A DNA stretch of 64,000 nt, taken from contig DASYDM010000004.1 of the NCBI GenBank assembly GCA_036499585.1, forward strand, positions 264,361 through 328,360, given 5' to 3'. This DNA comes from Steroidobacteraceae bacterium (GTDB lineage Bacteria; Pseudomonadota; Gammaproteobacteria; Steroidobacterales; Steroidobacteraceae). Each line of letters begins with the position of its first letter. The first letter of the stretch is position 1. The notes under the pieces were generated by a model. The model had not been told where the DNA came from. It worked only from the letters and a program-made list of their open reading frames with translations, and did not search any database. Positions 57,060 through 64,000 of the stretch are shown one piece after another. The translations under genes were made by a program, and so were the position numbers.

Positions 57060-58061
57060 ATGAACGCGCTCTCGGTCCGGGGTCTCACCAAGACGTACAA
57101 GAACGGCGTCCAGGCCCTCAAGGGCATCGATCTGGATGTCGAGGAAGGGGATTTTTTCGCCCTGCTAGGTCCCAATGGCGCAGGCAAAACCACGCTGATC
57201 GGTATAGTGACCTCACTGGTCAACAAGACCGCGGGCGAGGCCAGTGTGTTCGGCTACGACATCGTTCGTGAGCTCGAGATTGCCAAGTCCTGCATCGGCG
57301 TCGTGCCGCAGGAGATCAACTTCAACATGTGGGAGACGCCGTACACCATCGTCGTCAATCAGGCGGGGTTCTATGGCATCCCGCGGGCGGTCGCGCGGGA
57401 ACGGGCCGAGCGCTATCTCAAGCAGCTCAGTCTTTGGGACAAGCGGGACAAGATGTCGCGCAGTCTCTCCGGTGGCATGAAGCGCCGCCTGATGATCGCT
57501 CGCGCGTTGATGCACGAGCCGCGACTGCTGATCCTGGACGAGCCGACGGCGGGCGTGGACATCGAGATTCGTCGCTCGATGTGGGAGTTCCTTCGCGAAA
57601 TCAACTCGCGCGGGACCACGATCATCCTGACCACCCACTACCTCGAGGAAGCGGAAACGCTTTGTCGCAATATCGCCATCATCAACAACGGGCTCATCGC
57701 CGAACGCGACCGCATGAGCAGCCTGCTGCGCCGCCTGCACACCGAGACGTTCGTGTTGAATCTGCGCGATTTCCTCGACGCCGCTCCGGAATTGGCCGGC
57801 TACGACATCTCACTCATCGACAGCCACACCCTCGAGGTGGAAGTGTCGAAGGAGCAGAATCTCAATGACCTGTTCGCGCGGCTGTCGGCGATGAAGATCG
57901 AAGTGCTCAGCATGCGCAACAAGGTCAATCGTCTCGAGGAGATCTTCATGCGGCTGGTCGAGGGTAGCGCCGTTCCTCCCACGGGCGCGGGGGCTGGTTC
58001 ACCGGCTGGCCCCGCCGCACCCGCCGGCGTCGCGGCCCAGAGCGCCGGAGGTCGTCGCTGA
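57060..58061 (+). CDS. ABC transporter ATP-binding protein (ABC-2 type exporter)
   Basis: Start at MNALSVRGLTKTY. Walker A GPNGAGKTT, signature LSGGMKRRL, Walker B LLILDEPT. Ala/Gly/Pro-rich C-terminal tail. Confidence 0.87.
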   Translation: MNALSVRGLTKTYKNGVQALKGIDLDVEEGDFFALLGPNGAGKTTLIGIVTSLVNKTAGEASVFGYDIVRELEIAKSCIGVVPQEINFNMWETPYTIVVNQAGFYGIPRAVARERAERYLKQLSLWDKRDKMSRSLSGGMKRRLMIARALMHEPRLLILDEPTAGVDIEIRRSMWEFLREINSRGTTIILTTHYLEEAETLCRNIAIINNGLIAERDRMSSLLRRLHTETFVLNLRDFLDAAPELAGYDISLIDSHTLEVEVSKEQNLNDLFARLSAMKIEVLSMRNKVNRLEEIFMRLVEGSAVPPTGAGAGSPAGPAAPAGVAAQSAGGRR

Positions 58062-58873
58062 TGGACGCCGCACTCCGTGATTCCGCTGCTGCGCCGATGA
58101 ACATCGGCCTGGTGCGTTGGATCGGCTTTAAGACCATCGTCATCCGCGAATACGGACGGATCATCCGCATCTGGGGCCAGACGCTCGTGCCCCCCGCGGT
58201 GACCGCGACGTTGTACTTCGTGATCTTCGGCAATCTCGTCGGCCGGCGTGTCGGGTCGATGGGCGGCTTCGATTACCGGCAGTTCATCGCTCCCGGGCTC
58301 ATCATGATGTCCGTGATCCAGAACTCGTACGGCAATGTCGTGTCGTCCTTCTTCGGGGCCAAGTTTCAGAAGCACCTCGAGGAGATGCTGGTGTCGCCGC
58401 TGCCGAGCTGGGTCATCGTCGGCGGCTATGCAGCCGGTGGGCTCGTTCGCGGTTTGTTGGTAGGCGCCGTCGTGACGGCAGTATCGCTGCTGTTTACCAA
58501 TCTCCCTGTGCAACATCCGTTCGTCGTCATCGCTGCGGCGGTGTTGACATCCCTCACGTTCTCGTTGGGTGGCTTCCTGAACGCGCTGTACGCGAAGAAC
58601 TTCGATCAGGTGAACTGGATTCCGACCTTCATCCTGACTCCGCTGACGTATCTGGGTGGCGTGTTTTATTCGGTATCGCTGTTGCCGGATTGGGCGCGCA
58701 GCGCCGCGTACGTGAATCCCATCCTGCACATGGTCAACTCGTTCCGCTTCGGCTTCCTCGGCGTGTCGGATGTGAATATCGAGGTCGCGTTCCTGTTGAT
58801 GATTGCCTTCGCCATTGGTTTGTTCACGACCGCCGTCGTGCTCATGGAGCGAGGCACCGGTATTCGTGAGTGA
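58061..58873 (+). CDS. ABC-2 family transporter permease
   Basis: 270 aa, 6 predicted TM segments. Its start overlaps the stop of the ATPase gene. Confidence 0.8.
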   Translation: MDAALRDSAAAPMNIGLVRWIGFKTIVIREYGRIIRIWGQTLVPPAVTATLYFVIFGNLVGRRVGSMGGFDYRQFIAPGLIMMSVIQNSYGNVVSSFFGAKFQKHLEEMLVSPLPSWVIVGGYAAGGLVRGLLVGAVVTAVSLLFTNLPVQHPFVVIAAAVLTSLTFSLGGFLNALYAKNFDQVNWIPTFILTPLTYLGGVFYSVSLLPDWARSAAYVNPILHMVNSFRFGFLGVSDVNIEVAFLLMIAFAIGLFTTAVVLMERGTGIRE

Positions 58874-59804
58874 CATTGCAATCGTGACTGCGCGAGCGGC
58901 GCGCGGTCTCGATGAGGACCAACCTCCGCTGCAGGCGGCATTTCGTGCGGTCGGCGCCCACGTCGCTGTAGTCGATTGGGACGATCCCGAGGTCGATTGG
59001 ACGCGCTTCGACCTGGCATTGCTGCGGTCCACGTGGGACTACACGGATCGTCTTCCCGAATTCCTCAGCTGGGTCGAGCGAGTAGCCGGACGGACGCGCA
59101 TGGCCAACCCCGCCGCCATCGTCCGGTGGAATACCGACAAACACTATCTCGCCGAGTTGGCCCGAAAGGGTGTTGCTACGGTCCCCAGTACTTTCGTCGA
59201 GCCAGGGGAGGATGCCGGCGCGTCGTTGGATCGCTTCATCAGCGGGTTGGTCGCGACTGAGTGGGTTGTGAAGCCGTCTGTTGGCGCGGGCTCCCGCGAT
59301 ACGAACCGCTACAAACGGTCCGCGCGCGATGCAGCCGTCGCTCATGCGCAGCGTCTGCTGGCTGCCGGCAGGAGCGTACTGCTGCAACCGTATCTGGAAA
59401 GGGTTGACGAACACGGGGAAACCGCAATGATTTTCTTCGGCGGGCGGTTCAGTCATGCGATCCGCAAAGGGCCTCTGTTGCCACCCGGGCCGCAGCCCGG
59501 CGTGTCCTGCGCGGCCACGGAACTCCCCGGCACCCCCGCCAATGGACTTTTCATTCCCGAGGACATCACTCCCCGCCAGCCTTCGGACGCCGAGTTACAC
59601 CTCGCCGCGGAGGTTCTGTCGGCTCTGCCGTTCCCGGCCCCTCTCTACGCACGGGTCGATCTGATTCAGGATGATCACGGGGCACCCGCTCTACTCGAGC
59701 TCGAGCTGACCGAGCCGTCGCTGTTTTTCACCCATGCGCCCGGGTCAGCGCTGCGGTTCGCGAAAGCGGTACTCGGTCACATTTCCTTGCCGCTCAATAC
59801 ATAA
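58866..59804 (+). CDS. ATP-grasp fold protein (putative ligase)
   Basis: The GTG at 58866 overlaps the permease stop. WVVKPSVGAGSRDT and LLQPYLERVDEHGETAMIFFGGRFSHAIRK resemble ATP-grasp B and C subdomains. The assignment is tentative. Confidence 0.5.
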   Translation: MSDIAIVTARAARGLDEDQPPLQAAFRAVGAHVAVVDWDDPEVDWTRFDLALLRSTWDYTDRLPEFLSWVERVAGRTRMANPAAIVRWNTDKHYLAELARKGVATVPSTFVEPGEDAGASLDRFISGLVATEWVVKPSVGAGSRDTNRYKRSARDAAVAHAQRLLAAGRSVLLQPYLERVDEHGETAMIFFGGRFSHAIRKGPLLPPGPQPGVSCAATELPGTPANGLFIPEDITPRQPSDAELHLAAEVLSALPFPAPLYARVDLIQDDHGAPALLELELTEPSLFFTHAPGSALRFAKAVLGHISLPLNT

Positions 59805-59906
59805 CAGAGCGGAGCTGCAAGAAAACCTTAACCTGACCGTCACCGCGCTGACGCGCCCTGGATCGAACCTTGCTAAACCCAAGGACTAACGTTCTGCCCG
59901 CGTCAC

Positions 59907-60446
59907 ATGAAAGCCAACGGTCTGAGCACGTTCTTAGCGCGCGTGGATGCCGCCGAGTACGGTATTTGCCGTAAGCTGAATCGCGGAGCCTCCCACGCTT
60001 TCCCCTGTAAGGTGTTTCAGATCGCCAGTCGCCTCGGTGACGGCATCATCTGGTACGTCCTTATCCTGACGTTGCCCTTGATGTTCGGTGCCCCCGCCAT
60101 TCGCCCGGCCATTGTGATGGCGCTGACCGGAATTCTGGGCGTCGCGCTCTACAAGGTCCTCAAGCGTGTCTTCGTGCGTGAGAGGCCTTTCATCACGCAT
60201 TCAGGCATCTCGCTCGCGATGCCGCCTCTGGATCGCTACAGCTTCCCTTCGGGCCACACCTTGCACGCGGTGTCGTTCGCTTGGCAGTTGACGGCGCACT
60301 ATCCGGAGCTGGGTTACGTCGTGATACCGCTTGCCGGGCTGATCGCTGCCTCGCGAGTGGTGCTGGGACTGCACTACCCATCGGATGTCGTGGCGGGCGC
60401 TGGTGTGGGCGCGTCGCTGGCGATGCTCGGACTGTTGCTGGCTTGA
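59907..60446 (+). CDS. PAP2-family membrane phosphatase
   Basis: Motifs KVLKRVFVRERP, PSGH, and SRVVLGLHYPSDV. Confidence 0.78.
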   Translation: MKANGLSTFLARVDAAEYGICRKLNRGASHAFPCKVFQIASRLGDGIIWYVLILTLPLMFGAPAIRPAIVMALTGILGVALYKVLKRVFVRERPFITHSGISLAMPPLDRYSFPSGHTLHAVSFAWQLTAHYPELGYVVIPLAGLIAASRVVLGLHYPSDVVAGAGVGASLAMLGLLLA

Positions 60447-60451
60447 GTATG

Positions 60452-60532
60452 CGTTCATCGGCAAAACTGGCCTGCGGCCGTTTTGCAGACATCAGCTCCG
60501 CTGCCGGTGTCAAAAAGCGTGGTTTTTGCCTC
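60452..60532 (+). repeat. Dispersed stop-codon-adjacent intergenic element, copy C
   Basis: From the PAP2 TGA: GTATGCGTTCATCGGCAAAACTGGCCTGCGGCCGTTTTGCAGACATCAGCTCCGCTGCCGGTGTCAAAAAGCGTGGTTTTTGCC. The block order matches copies A and B. Confidence 0.7.
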
Positions 60533-60552
60533 CTGCTCTACGGGTAGCAAAC

Positions 60553-61749
60553 TTGCGCGTCGTCTTCATCTCCGACGTCTTTTTTCCACGGGTCAACGGC
60601 GTGTCGACGTCCATCCGGACGTTTCGGAGCGATCTCACCAACTGTGACGTCGACACATTGTTGGTCGCACCTCACTACGCCGGAACCGAAGGCGAGGCCG
60701 ATCCATCGATCATCCGCATTCCGTCTGCTGGTGTGCCTCGTGATCCCGAAGACCGGCGGATGCGCTGGGGTGCTTTGACTCGGGCCTTGCAGAGTGATCG
60801 GCTGAAGGACGTCGACCTCGTCCACATTCACACACCTTTCATCGCGCACTACGCAGGTGTGAAGCTGGCGAAGGCGCTAAGAGTGCCGTGTGTGGCTACC
60901 TACCACACCTTCTTCGAGGAGTATCTGCACCATTACGTGCCGGTGCTGCCGCGGTCGATTGGTAAGTGGATGGCGCGCAGATTTACTCGTTCGCAGTGTG
61001 CTGACGTCCAGGCGCTCATTGCACCTTCTGAACCGATGCGTGACGTGTTGACGGAGTACGGCGTCACGACCCCGATACACATTTTACCGACCGGATTGCC
61101 GGCGGACCGCTTCCGCGAGGGGCAGCCGAGGCGCTTCCGCCACCTTATTGGCGTGCCGGAGGGGCGACCGTTGGTCACCTACATCGGCCGCGTCGCGCAC
61201 GAGAAAAACATCGAATTTCTCGTGCGGATGTTCGTTCAGATCCGCGCTTCCGTGCCGGATGCGCTGTTGATCATCGCGGGCGAGGGGCCTGCGCGAGAGC
61301 CCTTGAAGCAACTCGTTCAACGGATGGGGCTCGAGAACGACGTTCGCTTTGTAGGCTATCTCGACAGAGACGGCTCGCTGCTCGACTGCTACGCTGCAGC
61401 TGACGTGTTCGTGTTTGCTTCACGTACGGAAACCCAAGGGCTCGTGCTCCTCGAGGCAATGGCGCAGGGCACGCCGGTAGTCTCGACCGCCGAGCTCGGC
61501 ACGCGATCGATTCTCAAGGGAGACTGTGGCGCGATCGTCGTCCCCGAGAACGAGGCCGACTTCGCCGCCGCCGCGGTTCGCGTTCTCCACGACAAGGCGC
61601 TGCGTGCTGCCCTGTCCGATCGGGGGCGCGTCTACGCGCGGACCTGGTCCTCCGCCACGATGGCCCGTCGCCTGGCGCAACTTTACGCCTCCCTGCTCCC
61701 GCATCCGCGGACCGCTGCCGGCCACGATCTGAAGGTCTCCGCCCTGTAG
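60553..61749 (+). CDS. GT4-family glycosyltransferase
   Basis: TTG start giving (M)RVVFISDVFFPRVNGVSTS. C-terminal EX7E-type region FVFASRTETQGLVLLEAMAQGTPVV. The upstream part of the track ORF crosses element C and the PAP2 3' end. Confidence 0.8.
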   Translation: MRVVFISDVFFPRVNGVSTSIRTFRSDLTNCDVDTLLVAPHYAGTEGEADPSIIRIPSAGVPRDPEDRRMRWGALTRALQSDRLKDVDLVHIHTPFIAHYAGVKLAKALRVPCVATYHTFFEEYLHHYVPVLPRSIGKWMARRFTRSQCADVQALIAPSEPMRDVLTEYGVTTPIHILPTGLPADRFREGQPRRFRHLIGVPEGRPLVTYIGRVAHEKNIEFLVRMFVQIRASVPDALLIIAGEGPAREPLKQLVQRMGLENDVRFVGYLDRDGSLLDCYAAADVFVFASRTETQGLVLLEAMAQGTPVVSTAELGTRSILKGDCGAIVVPENEADFAAAAVRVLHDKALRAALSDRGRVYARTWSSATMARRLAQLYASLLPHPRTAAGHDLKVSAL

Positions 61750-61750
61750 C

Positions 61751-61790
61751 TCACTGGCAAAATTCAGCGTGGTTTTTGTCGCCTGTGGCC
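61751..61790 (+). repeat. Dispersed stop-codon-adjacent intergenic element, copy D (short form)
   Basis: From the GT4 TAG: CTCACTGGCAAAATTCAGCGTGGTTTTTGTCGCC. It has the first block (CTCAyTGG + A-run) and the last block (GCGTGGTTTTTG) and lacks the middle. Confidence 0.55.
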
Positions 61791-61890
61791 GCGCGTCTGC
61801 GCCCCGCGACAACTCTGGCGTCGCAGGGGTTCTGCGCTACACTTTGGCCCTCACCCAAAGGCGGCGGAAAGAACGTTGTTGGAGCGGAGC

Positions 61891-63393
61891 ATGGGGGCCA
61901 AACGCGCGCTCATCGTTGATGACTCGAGGTCCGCCCGGTTGTTTCTCGCGCGCATGCTCGAGAAGTACGAGATCGACGTGGACAGCGCCGAGAGCGCCGA
62001 GGCCGCGATCGAATATCTCGGGAGCCACCGGCCGGACGTGATCTTCATGGATCACCTCATGCCCGGCATGGATGGCTTCCAGGCGGTGCAGGCGATCAAG
62101 AACAACCCGCGCACCGCCACCATCCCCATCATGATGTACACCTCGCAGGAAGGTGAGCTGTACCTCGGCCAGGCGCGTGCCCTCGGTGCTGTCGGCGTGC
62201 TGCCTAAGCAGATCAAACCCACCGACGTCTCGAAGGTGCTCTATCAGCTGCACCTCGTGGCGGACCGACGGACGGCGGAGCAGACGAGCTTCAGGCCTGT
62301 TGCCGTACCCCAGTCGGAGGTGTCCATCGAGGAGGAGGCGGCCGCGCCGTCAAGCAACCCCACCGTGGTAGTACCAAAAGCCCTCACGGACAGTGCGCTG
62401 AGAGAGCACTTCGCTGAACTGCGTCGCGCGCTGGTCGCGGGAATCGATACCCAGACCGACCGCATCACGGCGGAGGTTCGCGCGATCCTCCTTGAAGCGC
62501 TCCCGCCGCAAGCGTCCGAATACGACGCTGCCCCGAGGGGTCGCAGCCCTTGGCCGTGGGCTGCTGCCTGCGCGGCTTTGGTCGTCGCGCTCTGCAGCAC
62601 GGCCCTTTGGTGGCACGACTCGAACCTTCTCAGCGCGATGGCGAAGGATCTCAACGAGGTGCGGACCGAGGTAGCCCAACGCGCAGCGTCCTCGGCAGCT
62701 GCTTCTGCAGCAGTCGCGGAAGCTCTCCCGTCCGCCGTGCAATCCGCCGACGGTACTGTGGAGGCAACCGCCGCTTCGCTGTCGACAGGTCCTGGCGGCC
62801 CCGCACAGGCTGGGCCCAATGGCGCAGGCCCCAATGGGCTGGGTCTGGGCGCAGTCCAGGGTGCCGCGGCCTCTGGCGCGGCCGGCCCTCTCACGGCCGC
62901 AGCAGGTCCTCAGGCGCCCCGCCGGTCCGCCCTTCAGGCCGACGGTAAGCCTTTGGTTCTGAACGTCCCCTATGGGTCGGATGCCTTCGGGGGAGTCCGT
63001 CTCGAGGCGGTGCGCCAGGTGCTGGACCGTCTGGCGCGCCAGGCGGCGACCGGCGTGGTGGACGTGAAGACCTTCCCGGGTCGGTTCTGCCTGATGGGCA
63101 ACTCCACCGACGGCTATTCCGTCGCGCCGGACGAAACCCCTTATTCGAAGTGCGATATCGTCGGCAATCCGGCAGACGAGGCCCTTTCGCCGGGCCAGCG
63201 GACCCCGGTAGCATTCGCCAATCTGGTCGGTACGGTGCGCAATTCCACGCACGGTGGCCTGGATGTCCAGGTTGCCCAGGGCGACGCTTCCGTGACGGCC
63301 ACGCCGTACCCACCCGCTTCAGCCGAATTGACGGCCGGCGAGTGGAACCGGGCCGCGGCGGCCAACAATCGCATCGAGATTCGTCTGCACTGA
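61891..63393 (+). CDS. CheY-like receiver, TM segment, and periplasmic domain with an OmpA-like C-terminal signature
   Basis: GGAG SD. Canonical REC (IVDDS...VIFMDHLMPGMDG...MYTS...LPKQ). TM segment WPWAAACAALVVALCSTALWW. Ala/Gly-rich linker. The ~170-aa C-terminal domain ends ...EWNRAAAANNRIEIRLH. Confidence 0.72.
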   Translation: MGAKRALIVDDSRSARLFLARMLEKYEIDVDSAESAEAAIEYLGSHRPDVIFMDHLMPGMDGFQAVQAIKNNPRTATIPIMMYTSQEGELYLGQARALGAVGVLPKQIKPTDVSKVLYQLHLVADRRTAEQTSFRPVAVPQSEVSIEEEAAAPSSNPTVVVPKALTDSALREHFAELRRALVAGIDTQTDRITAEVRAILLEALPPQASEYDAAPRGRSPWPWAAACAALVVALCSTALWWHDSNLLSAMAKDLNEVRTEVAQRAASSAAASAAVAEALPSAVQSADGTVEATAASLSTGPGGPAQAGPNGAGPNGLGLGAVQGAAASGAAGPLTAAAGPQAPRRSALQADGKPLVLNVPYGSDAFGGVRLEAVRQVLDRLARQAATGVVDVKTFPGRFCLMGNSTDGYSVAPDETPYSKCDIVGNPADEALSPGQRTPVAFANLVGTVRNSTHGGLDVQVAQGDASVTATPYPPASAELTAGEWNRAAAANNRIEIRLH

Positions 63394-63416
63394 ACGCGTC
63401 TTCACCAACTGAAACT

Positions 63417-64000
63417 GTGGCCGGGCCTACCGGCGAAGACTTCGAACCGCCACGGTGGCTGCGTAACCCGCACCTTCAATCGATGCTCGCCAGCATGTCG
63501 CTGCGCAGTGGCCCGATTGCGCGTCGGGCTGCGCCGGTGACAGCCGCGAGCAAGCCCGTGCTTCTGGATTGCGGCGAGGGTGTGCGGCTGCAGTGCTTCG
63601 TTGCCTCCCCGGAAGGGGGCCACGGCACTCCTGCGGTCGTGCTGCACGGCTGGGAAGGCAGCGCCGAATCCAACTACGTCCTGTCCCTGTCCCAACAGCT
63701 GTTCGAGTTGGGTTACGACGTCGTTCGCCTGAATCTGCGCGACCACGGCGCGACCCACCACCTCAATCGCGAGCTGTTCCATTCCAACCGCCTGCCCGAA
63801 GTGATCGGCGCGATCTCGCGTGTGCAGGCTTTGTATCCCGGCCGCGCCATGTACATGGTCGGCTTCTCGCTCGGCGGCAACTTCCTGCTGCGGGTGGCAG
63901 CCCAGGCCGCGGAGGTCGGATTCAACATCGCCAAGGTCGTGGCCGTCTCGCCCGTGCTCGATCCCGGCGAGACCCTGATCGCGCTCGAACAGGGATTCCC
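63417..64000 (+). CDS. Alpha/beta hydrolase (YheT-like); 3' end runs off the window
   Basis: Not in the ORF track (no stop in the window). From the GTG at 63417: FEPPRWLRNPHLQSMLAS...VVLHGWEGSAESNYV...MVGFSLGGNFLL (GxSxG nucleophile elbow). Confidence 0.72.
   Translation, partial: MAGPTGEDFEPPRWLRNPHLQSMLASMSLRSGPIARRAAPVTAASKPVLLDCGEGVRLQCFVASPEGGHGTPAVVLHGWEGSAESNYVLSLSQQLFELGYDVVRLNLRDHGATHHLNRELFHSNRLPEVIGAISRVQALYPGRAMYMVGFSLGGNFLLRVAAQAAEVGFNIAKVVAVSPVLDPGETLIALEQGF

Noticed and set aside
57800-59032. 410-aa minus-strand ORF
   Set aside because: It is antisense to the ABC ATPase/permease pair and is Arg/His/Asp-rich with no domain signatures.

Overview
GC-rich proteobacterial chromosomal segment with beta/gamma-proteobacterial-type synteny and about 55 genes, mostly housekeeping. 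In order, it contains the following.

- An edge-truncated secreted S8 protease.
- topA-smg-dprA and a LysM lipoprotein, divergent from def-fmt-rsmB-DUF4390-NtrY/NtrX-like.
- A REC-PAS-GAF-GGDEF-EAL protein.
- A SPOR protein and an unusually short argS.
- An EF-hand protein, a hybrid histidine kinase and priA.
- ECF sigma module 1 (sigma/DUF3619-like/DUF3106-like), a methyltransferase and a cyclophilin.
- pntAA-pntAB-pntB, then an HNH endonuclease plus a 5'-3' exonuclease.
- ECF sigma module 2, linked to a tandem-repeat secreted peptide and a TPR-CHAT lipoprotein.
- acs, then a small islet (HTH antidote-like protein plus a hypothetical gene).
- yceI/cytochrome b561, an S46 peptidase, a VOC protein, hemH, gabD, dienelactone hydrolase, thiolase, cNMP-patatin and gshA.
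- A GGDEF protein, an ABC-2 exporter, an ATP-grasp protein, PAP2, a GT4 glycosyltransferase, a REC-TM protein, and an edge-truncated alpha/beta hydrolase.

I saw no rRNA, tRNA, CRISPR array, transposase or integrase. Many long ORFs in the track are GC-driven shadow frames antisense to real genes. Two real genes are missing from the track because they run off the window ends.

Most interesting observations:
1. An extracytoplasmic module of TPR-CHAT lipoprotein, a 4x13-aa tandem-repeat secreted peptide, an ECF sigma and a zf-HC2 anti-sigma. The peptide gene and the sigma gene share an ECF-like promoter motif.
2. A dispersed 40-100 nt element that starts at stop codons and carries a terminator hairpin (4 copies).
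3. A roughly 100-aa-shorter ArgS at the canonical locus.
4. Histone-H1-like Lys/Ala tails on Acs and TopA.
5. An iteron-like motif array between an orphan antidote-type HTH gene and an unknown gene.
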